Source: Vicinamibacterales bacterium (GTDB lineage: Bacteria > Acidobacteriota > Vicinamibacteria > Vicinamibacterales > UBA8438). Taken from it: 64,000 nt of DNA. A program made the translations under genes and the position numbers. This document shows, piece after piece, positions 42,788-52,814 of the stretch. Where the stretch lies: contig CATQHX010000007.1 in NCBI GenBank assembly GCA_958296065.1, forward strand, positions 4,275-68,274, read 5' to 3'. How positions within the stretch are numbered: the first letter of the stretch is position 1; the number at the start of each line of letters is the position of its first letter. The notes below the pieces were generated by a model. It was not told where the DNA came from, did no database searches, and was given only the letters and a program-made list of their open reading frames with translations.

Positions 42788-44116
42788 ATGGCGAAACATC
42801 TTCACGAGATCAGAGACCCGGTCCACACGTTTGTGCGGTTGGACAGCGACGAGCGGGAGGTTCTCGACTCGCGGGCTTTCCAGAGGCTGCGCCATATCCA
42901 TCAGCTCGCCTTGACCTATCTTGTCTACCCCGGAGCAACGCACAAGAGATTCGAGCATTCGCTTGGCGTAATGGAACTCGCGAGTCGTGTATTCGACATT
43001 GTAACCGGTCGCGAAAACGTAACCGACCATATCCGTTCTTGTTTGCCAGAGCTCAAGCAACGCGATAAGTTGGCGTACTGGCGCCGTGTCTTGCGCATGG
43101 CCGCTCTTTGTCATGACGTCGGGCACCTTCCTTTCTCCCACGCAGCCGAGAAAGAACTGCTTCCTGATGGATGGGACCATGAACGAATGACCCGTGAACT
43201 CATAAGTTGTGACGAGATGCGGTCTATTTGGAGCTCCATGAGACCGACGCTCGTGCCTGACGACATCATAAAGCTAGCAATTGGGCAAAAGAAGGCCACT
43301 GGTCTGGAATTTTCAGTTTGGGAATCGATTCTTTCCGAAATCATTGTTGGCGACGCATTCGGTGCCGATCGAATGGATTATCTTCTGCGGGACTCTCACC
43401 ATGCCGGTGTGGCTTATGGGAAGTTCGATCACTATCGCCTAATTGACACGCTTCGTATACTACCTGTCTCTGACGGAACAACGGAGTTGAGGGAGCCGGC
43501 ACTAGGGCTGGAGAATGGAGGAATACAGTCCGCTGAAGCGTTGATGCTGGCGCGTTACTTTATGTACTCACAGGTCTACTTTCATGCGATTCGCAGAATC
43601 TATGATATTCATTTAAAGGATTTTCTTAAGGAGTGGCTCAATGGCGGCTTGTTCTCAACCGATATGGAGACGCACTTGCAGATAACGGATAACGAAGTCA
43701 TGACAGGATTGTTTGCGGAGGCTCGCACGGAACAACGTGAGCCGGTACACATTCATGCGCGCCGAATCGTTGAGAGGCAGCACTTTAAGGTCGTCTATGA
43801 ACGAAACCCCGAAGACGTGCGGATTAATCCGGAAGCCGGCCGCGCCGTGTTTGACGGTCTTGTCGGTGAATTCGAGCCGGACCATATTCGTAGTGATCAC
43901 TACCGACAGCGGAGCGGTGCGCCGGATTTTCCTGTTAGGATGCGAGACGATGAGGTTGTATCGTCCCTACGGGTTTCGGAGACGCTGAACCAACTTCCTG
44001 TTGTTTCCATGGACTATGTGTATGTTGAGCGGTCTCAGTACGAGCGAGCAAGGAGGTGGGTGGACCAGAATCGGGAACAGGTCATCCAACCGCAGGAGGA
44101 GGCAGACGGTGGGTAG
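42788..44116 (+). CDS. HD-domain phosphohydrolase of the SAMHD1/EF1143/YwfO (dNTP triphosphohydrolase-like) class
   Basis: IRDPVH..V......E..L.DS.AFQRLR.I.QL, HKRFEHSLGV, CHDVGHLPFSH, GADRMDYLLRDSHHAGV. GAGG lies 6 nt before ATG 42788. Low GC. Confidence 0.8.
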   Translation: MAKHLHEIRDPVHTFVRLDSDEREVLDSRAFQRLRHIHQLALTYLVYPGATHKRFEHSLGVMELASRVFDIVTGRENVTDHIRSCLPELKQRDKLAYWRRVLRMAALCHDVGHLPFSHAAEKELLPDGWDHERMTRELISCDEMRSIWSSMRPTLVPDDIIKLAIGQKKATGLEFSVWESILSEIIVGDAFGADRMDYLLRDSHHAGVAYGKFDHYRLIDTLRILPVSDGTTELREPALGLENGGIQSAEALMLARYFMYSQVYFHAIRRIYDIHLKDFLKEWLNGGLFSTDMETHLQITDNEVMTGLFAEARTEQREPVHIHARRIVERQHFKVVYERNPEDVRINPEAGRAVFDGLVGEFEPDHIRSDHYRQRSGAPDFPVRMRDDEVVSSLRVSETLNQLPVVSMDYVYVERSQYERARRWVDQNREQVIQPQEEADGG

Positions 44117-44672
44117 ACTCAAACGGGCAGCGCTTCTGACTAGGCTAATGGAGCGGTTGCGTGAACGGGAGAGTTGGTGCGGTGAAACACACGTCCAAAA
44201 GGCGGCGTTCCTCGCACAGGAGCTGATGGGGATCCCGCTAGACCGAGAGTTTGTTCTGTACAGGCACGGGCCATATTCGTTCGATTTGAGGGACGATCTG
44301 ACAGGGCTTCGTGCCGACGGGCTGGTTCGACTCGAACCACAGACGCCTTGGGGACCGCGCTTTGTGCTTACGGAACAGAGCGCTTACATTCAGGGGCTAT
44401 ACCCACGTACATTGGAACGGTACGAGAACGGCTTAACCTTCGTGGCGACGGAGCTGGGAAATAGAGGCGTTGCTGCCCTTGAGCGGTTGGCTACCGCATT
44501 CTATGCGCACCAGCGTCTGGAGACTGGAGAGACTGTGGAACAAAAGGTCGCTTGGGTCAGGCAGAGGAAGCAGCATATTTCAGTGGACCTTGCGACAACG
44601 GCTTTTGAGGAAGTGGACCGCATTGTGCGGGAAGCTGGTCAGTACCTTCCCGAAGGGGCTACGCGCACGTAG
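44109..44672 (+). CDS. YwgA-like / Panacea (DUF4065)-like small partner protein
   Basis: GTG 44109 lies 6 nt after AGGAGGAGG and overlaps the HD stop by 8 nt. HVQKAAFLAQE...FVLYRHGPYSFDLRDDLTGL pattern. Family assignment from memory. Confidence 0.6.
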   Translation: MGRLKRAALLTRLMERLRERESWCGETHVQKAAFLAQELMGIPLDREFVLYRHGPYSFDLRDDLTGLRADGLVRLEPQTPWGPRFVLTEQSAYIQGLYPRTLERYENGLTFVATELGNRGVAALERLATAFYAHQRLETGETVEQKVAWVRQRKQHISVDLATTAFEEVDRIVREAGQYLPEGATRT

Positions 44673-44680
44673 AGGGTCTC

Positions 44681-46261
44681 ATGTCTGTTCGTACCCGTTT
44701 CGCACCGAGTCCGACCGGCTACCTCCACATCGGCGGGGTCCGCACGGCGCTGTTCAACTGGCTGTTCGCGCGCCGGCACGGCGGGCAGTTCGTCCTGCGC
44801 ATCGACGACACCGACCGGCAGCGCAACGTCGAGGCGGCGCTGCGGCCGATTCTCGACGGCTTCCGCTGGCTGGGCATCGACTGGGACGAGGGGCCCGAGG
44901 TGGGCGGCCCGTGCGCGCCGTACTACCAGTCGCAACGGACTGGGCGCTACCGGACGGCGGTAAAGGAGTTGCTCGACCGGGGATTGGCGTACCGCGACTA
45001 CGCCACGGCGGATGAGACGACGGCCGAGCGCGAGGCGGCGCAGCGCGAGAAGCGGCGGTTCATCTACAGCCGGCGCTGGATGGCGGAGACCGACGCCGAC
45101 GCGGCGCGCTTCGAGGGCGAGGGTCGGACCGCGGTCGTGCGGCTGAAGATGCCGCGCGAGAGGGCCTGCCGCTTCGACGACCTGGTCCGCGGCCCGGTCG
45201 CCTTCGACTGGGCGCTCGAGCAGGACCACGTCATCCAGCGGGCGGACGGCACGCACCTGTACCACCTGGCCAGCGCGGTCGACGATCACGACTTCGGCAT
45301 CTCGCACGTCATCCGGGCCGAGGAGCACCTGTCGAACACGCCGCGCCAGATCTTCATTGCCGCCGGGCTTGGCTACGAGCTTCCCCGCTACGCGCACCTG
45401 CCCTACGTGGCGGCGCCGGGCGGGAGCGAGAAGCTGAGCAAGCGGAAGCTGGGGAAGTACCTGTCGCAGCCGGACTTCAAGAAGGTGCACGACCATGGCG
45501 CCGGCATACTGGCGGCGCTCGGCGAGGACGTCGTGGCCGAGACCTTCAACCCGGTGCTGGTGGAGTTCTACCGCGACGTCGGCTACCGCCCGGAGGCGGT
45601 GGTCAACTACCTGCTACTCCTCGGCTGGTCGCTCGACGACCGGACGGAGGACTTCACGCGCGACGAGATGATCGAGCACTTCTCGCTGGAGCGGGTGAAC
45701 CGGTCGGCCGCGAGCTTCGATCCGCAGAAGATGATGGCGTTCGAGGAGCGCCGGATGAACGCGCTGCCGGTGGCCGCCAAGGTCGACGCCGTCTCCCCGT
45801 ACCTCGAGCGGCTCGGCATCCTGGGAACGGAGCCGAACGAGACGGAGAAGGAGCGCGTCGCCGCCGTTGTCGCCGCGGCCGGCGACCGGATCAAGGTGGC
45901 GGGCGACATCGTGCGCTACACGGAGTTCTTCCAGGACGATGCCGCGTTTCCGTACGACGAGAAGGCGTTCCGCAAACGGATCGGCGCCCCGGATGCCGCG
46001 GACCGGTTGCGGCGCTTCCGCCCCGTGCTGGAGACCGTCGATCCGTTCGAGGCCGCGTCGCTGGACGCCGCGCTGCAGCGGTTCGTCGAGGCGGAGGGGA
46101 TCAGGATAGGGCAGATCATTCACGCCGTGCGGGTTGCGGTGACCGGCAAGGGCGTCGGTTTCGGTCTGTTCGAGGCGCTGGAGATTCTCGGCCGCGCGGC
46201 GTGTCTCGCTAGAATTGACCGGGCACTCGAAGCCGCGGATGCGGGCTCCGGCGCCGACTGA
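44681..46261 (+). CDS. gltX: Glutamate--tRNA ligase
   Basis: RFAPSPTGYLHIGGVRTALFNW (HIGH), IRAEEHLSNTP, KLSKRK (KMSKS). Full-length with anticodon-binding domain (526 aa). Confidence 0.9.
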   Translation: MSVRTRFAPSPTGYLHIGGVRTALFNWLFARRHGGQFVLRIDDTDRQRNVEAALRPILDGFRWLGIDWDEGPEVGGPCAPYYQSQRTGRYRTAVKELLDRGLAYRDYATADETTAEREAAQREKRRFIYSRRWMAETDADAARFEGEGRTAVVRLKMPRERACRFDDLVRGPVAFDWALEQDHVIQRADGTHLYHLASAVDDHDFGISHVIRAEEHLSNTPRQIFIAAGLGYELPRYAHLPYVAAPGGSEKLSKRKLGKYLSQPDFKKVHDHGAGILAALGEDVVAETFNPVLVEFYRDVGYRPEAVVNYLLLLGWSLDDRTEDFTRDEMIEHFSLERVNRSAASFDPQKMMAFEERRMNALPVAAKVDAVSPYLERLGILGTEPNETEKERVAAVVAAAGDRIKVAGDIVRYTEFFQDDAAFPYDEKAFRKRIGAPDAADRLRRFRPVLETVDPFEAASLDAALQRFVEAEGIRIGQIIHAVRVAVTGKGVGFGLFEALEILGRAACLARIDRALEAADAGSGAD

Positions 46262-46297
46262 TTCGTGAGCCCGGAGTCTTCGCCGTGGAACGGGGCA

Positions 46298-46352
46298 GAT
46301 TTCCGGAGAGGCTTGGTTGGGCGGAAGCGGAGCCGCAGGGCGACGATTTCCG
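46298..46352. repeat. Conserved ~55-nt 5'-proximal motif, copy 2 (partner at 12031-12084)
   Basis: GATTTCCGGAGAGGCTTGGTTGGGCGGAAGCGGAGCCGCAGGGCGACGATTTCC. Ends 21 nt before the glnS ATG 46374. Confidence 0.6.
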
Positions 46353-46373
46353 GACGAGGACACAGGCGTGAGC

Positions 46374-48062
<1,689 letters not shown>

Positions 48063-48102
48063 AGGGACCGAATGCCTGCGCTGCGGAACCGGTTGACTGT
48101 CG

Positions 48103-51100
48103 CTACTCCCGGACGCCCTCGGCCATCATTACCAGCGTCGGCAGGATGAAGAGAATGAATGCGGCCGACAGCACCAGGCCGCCCATCATGCTGACGACGA
48201 ACGGCACGAGGAACATCAGGTCGTCGCCGCGTTCGTAGAGCAGGGGAGACAATCCCAGGATCGTGGTCGCGCTGGTCAGGAACACCGCCCGGAACCGGTG
48301 CCGCGCCGCCGCCGCCGCCGCGGCGATGGCCGGCAGCATCTCGTTCTCGCGGCGGATGACGTTGTAGCGGTCCAGCAGCACCAGCGCGTCGTTGACCACG
48401 ACCCCGAAGACCGCGATCAGGCCGAACAGCGACATCGCGGTCAGATCCCAGCCGAGCACCCAGTGCGCCAGGATGGCGCCGGCGAACGAGATCGGGAACC
48501 CGGCGGCAGCCACGAGCGGCTTCCAGTAGCTCCGCAGAAAGGCCGCCATCAACGCGTAGATCGCGATCAGCACCACGGGGACCAGCAGCCCCAGCGTCTC
48601 CAGCATGGCCCGTTCGTCGCGTACCCCGCCTTCGGGCTCGATGGTCAGGCCGGGGTACCTTGCGAGCAGCTCCGGCACGAGCTCCCGTTCGACCTGCCGG
48701 CGGGCCTGAATGGGCGTGATCACCGCGGCGTCCGCCTGGGCGTTCACCGTCGCGGCCCGGGTGCCGTCGATGCGCGTCAACGTCGCCTGCTCGCGGCTCT
48801 CGGTCAGATTCGCCACCGACGACAACGGCACCTCGCCGCCGCCGGCGCGGCGGACGCGCTCGTGGGCCAGCACCCGCAGATTGCTCCGCCGCTCGCGCGG
48901 GTAGCGCACCATGACCTTCAGCTCTTCATGACCGCGCTGAATCCGCTGGACCTCCACGCCGTGGAAATTGGCGCGCAACTGCCCCCCGATGGCGGCCGGC
49001 GTCAGGCCCGCCGCCTCCCCGACGGGGGTGAGCGCGATTTCCAGGTGCCGCTTGCCCAGCGTCAGGCTGTCGGCGATCTCGTAGACACCCGGGATCGTCG
49101 CCAGAAAGGACCGCAGCTCGCCGGCCGCCTGTCTCAGGGTTTCCCCGTCGTCGTGCTTCAGCGCGTAGGAAACGCTGGGCCGGGGCCGAACGGTCGTGGT
49201 CTGGAACTCCATCCGTTCCAGGTGCGGAAGCTCTCCGATGTTCAGGCGCCACGCCCGTTCGATCTGCGCGGGCGTCGCCTGCCGGGTCGGCCGCTCGTTG
49301 AGATGGACTCGCACGCCGGCGAGGTGACTGCCGTTGGATTCCTCCGTGCCCGTGCGCGACGACACGATGTTTCCGGCGAGAATGCTGACCGCTTCGATGG
49401 AGGCCCCCGGAAGCTGCTCGTTCATCGCGTACGCGGCGTCCGCGACCTGCTCGGCGGCGGCCAGCGTGGTCTCGAACGGCGTGCCGGCCGGCAGGCGCAG
49501 GTCCACCTGCACGTTCTCGGGGATGTTCATTTCCGCATCGAAGAGGATGACGCGAACCGCTTCGGAACCGACCAGCAGCAGGGAGAGCAGCACCAGCGCG
49601 CCGCCGCCGGCCAGCGTCGACGAGCTGTGCCGCACGGACCAGGACACGGCCGGCACCACGGTGCGATCGCGAACGTCGTCGATCCAGATGCACACGCGGT
49701 CCTGCAGCGAACGCAGCGGTTCCCGGCTCCAGCGACCATCGTGCGCAAGATGGGCCGGCAGAATCAGGAACGCCTCTATCAGCGACACGGACAGCACGAA
49801 GAGCGCGACATAGGGAAACACGTTCACCAACTGCGTAACGGTGGCGGTGACGAAGAGGAACGGCACGAACGCGAGCAGCGTCGTGCACGCGCCGATGGTT
49901 ATCGGCCCCACTACCGCCCGGGCGCCCGCGGCGGCAGCCTCGGCCCCGCGCTTGCCGTTGTCGCGTTCGGCGGCGATGCTCTCGCCCACCACCAGGGCGT
50001 CGTCCACGACGAGGCCGACCATCAGGAAGAAGCCGACCAGCGTCCCCATGTTCAGGGTCAGGCTCGCCGGGCCGAAGAACAGCAGCGAGCCGATGAAGGA
50101 GAACGGGATGCCGACCGTTATCCAGGTCGCCGCGCGCAGGTCGAACACGAGAAGCAGCAGGACGAAGACGAGGATCGCTCCCGCCAGCCCGTTCCTCGCG
50201 ATTCCCGACAACCGGTCGAGAGCCGGCTGCGCCCGGTCGTTCCAGACGCTGATCTCGATATCCCGCGGAGCGCCGTAGCCCGCGAGCCAGCTTCTGATGT
50301 CGCCGGCCATGTCCGCGATCGACTGCTGCTCGGCGGCGTCGACGCGCACGAACACGGCCGGTCTGCCGTTGACCTCGGAGACGATGTCGTCGTCGACGAA
50401 GCCGTCGCGAATCTCGGCCACGTCGCCCAGCGTCACGATGGTTCCGTCGAGCTGCGTGATGAGCGGGATGCCCTCGAACTCCTCGCCGATACTGCGCTTG
50501 GCGACGGTGTGCAACACCACCCCGCCGGATTCGGTGCGCAGCTCCCCGAAGGTGAGGTTGAGGGAAGCCCGCTGCACCGCGTTCGACACCTGGACGATGG
50601 ACAGGTCGTTGCGGCGCAACTCCTCCTCGCTCAACTCGATCGCGATCTCGCGGTCGCGCGTACCCCGCAGCGTCACCTGCGAGACGGAGGGCAGCGCCAG
50701 CAGCTCGCTGCGCACCGCCTCGGCCGCCAGCCGCAGCTCGTCCTCGCCCGCTACCGACGACGAGACGGCCAGGGTCATCGCCTCGATGGTCAGCCGCGCC
50801 AGCTCTATCTCCGGCCGCTCGGCGTTCAGCGGCGGAAAGTTCTCGATGGCGTCCACTGCGTTCCGCACGTCGTTCAGGACGGTACCGGCGTCCGCGAAGC
50901 TTGCCAGCTCGATGCGTATTCGGCCGTGCCCTTCGCTGGCGGTGGCCACGACCCGCTCGACCCCGGCGAGACCGATGACGCTCTCCTCGACGCGGCGATT
51001 GACGTCCTGTTCCACTTCCTGCGCCGACGAGCCGGGCGAGCGCACGTTCACGGTGACGGTCCGCAGATCGATTTCCGGAAAGTTCTGCACGGCGAGACCG

Positions 51101-51240
51101 AACCCGGACGCGACCCCGCCCACGATGAAGACCAGCATGAGCAGGTTGGCGGCGACGGGATTGCCCGCGAAGTAGCCGATCAGTCCCTTGCGGGCGGTGG
51201 CCTCCGGCTGTGCGGTCCCTCCGGCGTCAGTCGTGCTCAT
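48103..51240 (-). CDS. RND-family efflux transporter permease (AcrB-like)
   Basis: 1045 aa with 12-TM topology and two large periplasmic loops. Motifs GLVVDDALVVGESI, VVNDALVLLD. Downstream of the adaptor gene. Confidence 0.9.
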   Translation of the reverse strand: MSTTDAGGTAQPEATARKGLIGYFAGNPVAANLLMLVFIVGGVASGFGLAVQNFPEIDLRTVTVNVRSPGSSAQEVEQDVNRRVEESVIGLAGVERVVATASEGHGRIRIELASFADAGTVLNDVRNAVDAIENFPPLNAERPEIELARLTIEAMTLAVSSSVAGEDELRLAAEAVRSELLALPSVSQVTLRGTRDREIAIELSEEELRRNDLSIVQVSNAVQRASLNLTFGELRTESGGVVLHTVAKRSIGEEFEGIPLITQLDGTIVTLGDVAEIRDGFVDDDIVSEVNGRPAVFVRVDAAEQQSIADMAGDIRSWLAGYGAPRDIEISVWNDRAQPALDRLSGIARNGLAGAILVFVLLLLVFDLRAATWITVGIPFSFIGSLLFFGPASLTLNMGTLVGFFLMVGLVVDDALVVGESIAAERDNGKRGAEAAAAGARAVVGPITIGACTTLLAFVPFLFVTATVTQLVNVFPYVALFVLSVSLIEAFLILPAHLAHDGRWSREPLRSLQDRVCIWIDDVRDRTVVPAVSWSVRHSSSTLAGGGALVLLSLLLVGSEAVRVILFDAEMNIPENVQVDLRLPAGTPFETTLAAAEQVADAAYAMNEQLPGASIEAVSILAGNIVSSRTGTEESNGSHLAGVRVHLNERPTRQATPAQIERAWRLNIGELPHLERMEFQTTTVRPRPSVSYALKHDDGETLRQAAGELRSFLATIPGVYEIADSLTLGKRHLEIALTPVGEAAGLTPAAIGGQLRANFHGVEVQRIQRGHEELKVMVRYPRERRSNLRVLAHERVRRAGGGEVPLSSVANLTESREQATLTRIDGTRAATVNAQADAAVITPIQARRQVERELVPELLARYPGLTIEPEGGVRDERAMLETLGLLVPVVLIAIYALMAAFLRSYWKPLVAAAGFPISFAGAILAHWVLGWDLTAMSLFGLIAVFGVVVNDALVLLDRYNVIRRENEMLPAIAAAAAAARHRFRAVFLTSATTILGLSPLLYERGDDLMFLVPFVVSMMGGLVLSAAFILFILPTLVMMAEGVRE

Positions 51241-51272
51241 GTCCAGGACTCCTCGCTTTCGCCACGGGCTGC

Positions 51273-52466
51273 TCAGTTCGACGGCGCCGCGTCCGTTGCC
51301 TCGACCGCCAGCCCCTCACGGGCCCCGGGCAGCAGGCCGACGACCACGCCCTCGCCCGCGTCGAACGCCTGAACGACCCATCCGGCAGGCGTCCGGCCGA
51401 CGGTCGTCGGCGCGAAGGCGCTCAGCAGACCGTCCCTGACCACCCAGACGCTGTCGCGTTCCTGCAGAACGGATTCCGGCAGCACGTACACGTCCTCGTA
51501 GACAGGCCCCGCGATGTCGACCTCCACGAACGTGCCCGGCGCCGGCAGCGAGTCGGGATGCGTGTCCTCGGCGAACTTCAGGAACACCGAGGCCAGGCGG
51601 GTCTTGGGAGCGACCACCGAGGAGACGCGCGCCACCCGGGCCTCCCAGGTCGCCATCTCTCCGACCACGCGCGCCGCGCGGCCGATGACGGGGTCCAGGT
51701 ACTCCAGGTCCCGCGGCTCGATCGGTGCCGCCACCTGCAGGGCCTGGGTCCGGTACACCATGCCAAGGCGGGACGAAGGTCCGTCGACCACATCCGCCGG
51801 GCCTACCAGTTCACCCACCTCGACGTCCGAGGCCGCCACCCGTCCGTCGTACGGCAGGGAGATGTTCGTGCGCTCCAGGCGCAGTTGCGCCAGCTTCAGG
51901 TCGGTTTGCGCCCTCATGAGGCGCGCTTCGGCCTCCGCAATCCACGGCAGGCGGCGGACCGATTCGGACGGCTCGGCTCCCGGGTTCTCGCGCTCGAACG
52001 CCCGTAGATCCTCTTCCGCCGCGGCCCTCTCGACCCACACCCGGGCCTCGGCCTCCCGGACGGCCATTTCCGCGGCTTCCACCTGCAGCTCGAACTCGGC
52101 CGGGTCTATCCTGATGAACGGCTCGTTGGCTGCGATGGACCCGCCGTTGCTGAAGGCCGGCGAGACCCAGGCGATGCGGCCGACGACCTCGGACGCCACC
52201 CGCACCCTTTCTTCCAGGTTCACCGCGCCGGTCAGCTCGATGGTCAACGCCTGCTCGGTCGGAGCCGGGTGCATGACCCTGACGGTGGGGCGGGCGCTCT
52301 CCGGCGACAGGCTGGAAGCGGCGCCGCGTTCTATGCGGCCGGGCGCCCGTGCGAAGAGCAGGGCGACCGCGATCAGGATGACAATGGCGGCCAACTGCGC
52401 GAAGCCGCGCCATTCGGCACCGCCGGACCGATTCCCGGAGTGGTTCGGTTCCTCTGCCATTTTCAT
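51273..52466 (-). CDS. RND periplasmic adaptor (membrane fusion protein, HlyD family)
   Basis: N-terminal TM, coiled-coil hairpin (AEARVWVERAAAEEDL...AEARLMRAQTDLKLAQLRLERT), beta-barrel motifs. The second ATG (52460) has better SD spacing. Confidence 0.85.
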   Translation of the reverse strand: MKMAEEPNHSGNRSGGAEWRGFAQLAAIVILIAVALLFARAPGRIERGAASSLSPESARPTVRVMHPAPTEQALTIELTGAVNLEERVRVASEVVGRIAWVSPAFSNGGSIAANEPFIRIDPAEFELQVEAAEMAVREAEARVWVERAAAEEDLRAFERENPGAEPSESVRRLPWIAEAEARLMRAQTDLKLAQLRLERTNISLPYDGRVAASDVEVGELVGPADVVDGPSSRLGMVYRTQALQVAAPIEPRDLEYLDPVIGRAARVVGEMATWEARVARVSSVVAPKTRLASVFLKFAEDTHPDSLPAPGTFVEVDIAGPVYEDVYVLPESVLQERDSVWVVRDGLLSAFAPTTVGRTPAGWVVQAFDAGEGVVVGLLPGAREGLAVEATDAAPSN

Positions 52467-52814
52467 GTTCCTCGGCTCAAGCCGGGTCGTTTTCGGGAGG
52501 GGGATGCGCTTTGAGTTCGCGCATGTTTCCGCGCCGGCCCGCGTGTCTCCGCGGACTGCTCCAGGGTCGGTGCTCGCAGCGCAACCCCTGTTCGCGAGTG
52601 CTCACAGCAGCCTTGTCTTGCACCTTGACCTTATCCGAGACCAGAATGGGATTCTGCATGGGATGATGCGGCAAGTCAACGTGACTGCGCTAATGGTTGG
52701 GGCCGAGGTGGGTCTCCCGCGGCGAGGAAGGTCGCGCAGAACCCGCAAGATAGCTGTGCGGCACGCAGGCCACATCGCCCTTGCACGATACCCGGTCCGA
52801 CCGGGGAGATCGCC

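Noticed and set aside
44681-46261. GluQ-RS (truncated glutamyl-queuosine tRNA-Asp synthetase) instead of GltX
   Set aside because: The product is 526 aa with a full C-terminal anticodon-binding region, and a KLSKRK motif is present. GluQ-RS proteins are about 300 aa.
48298-51372. 1024-aa plus-strand ORF (and similarly 52781-56077 plus, 61556-63760 minus, 53118-54839 minus)
   Set aside because: Antisense or off-frame shadows of the three RND permease genes. No TM pattern despite their length. The RND frames show canonical motifs.
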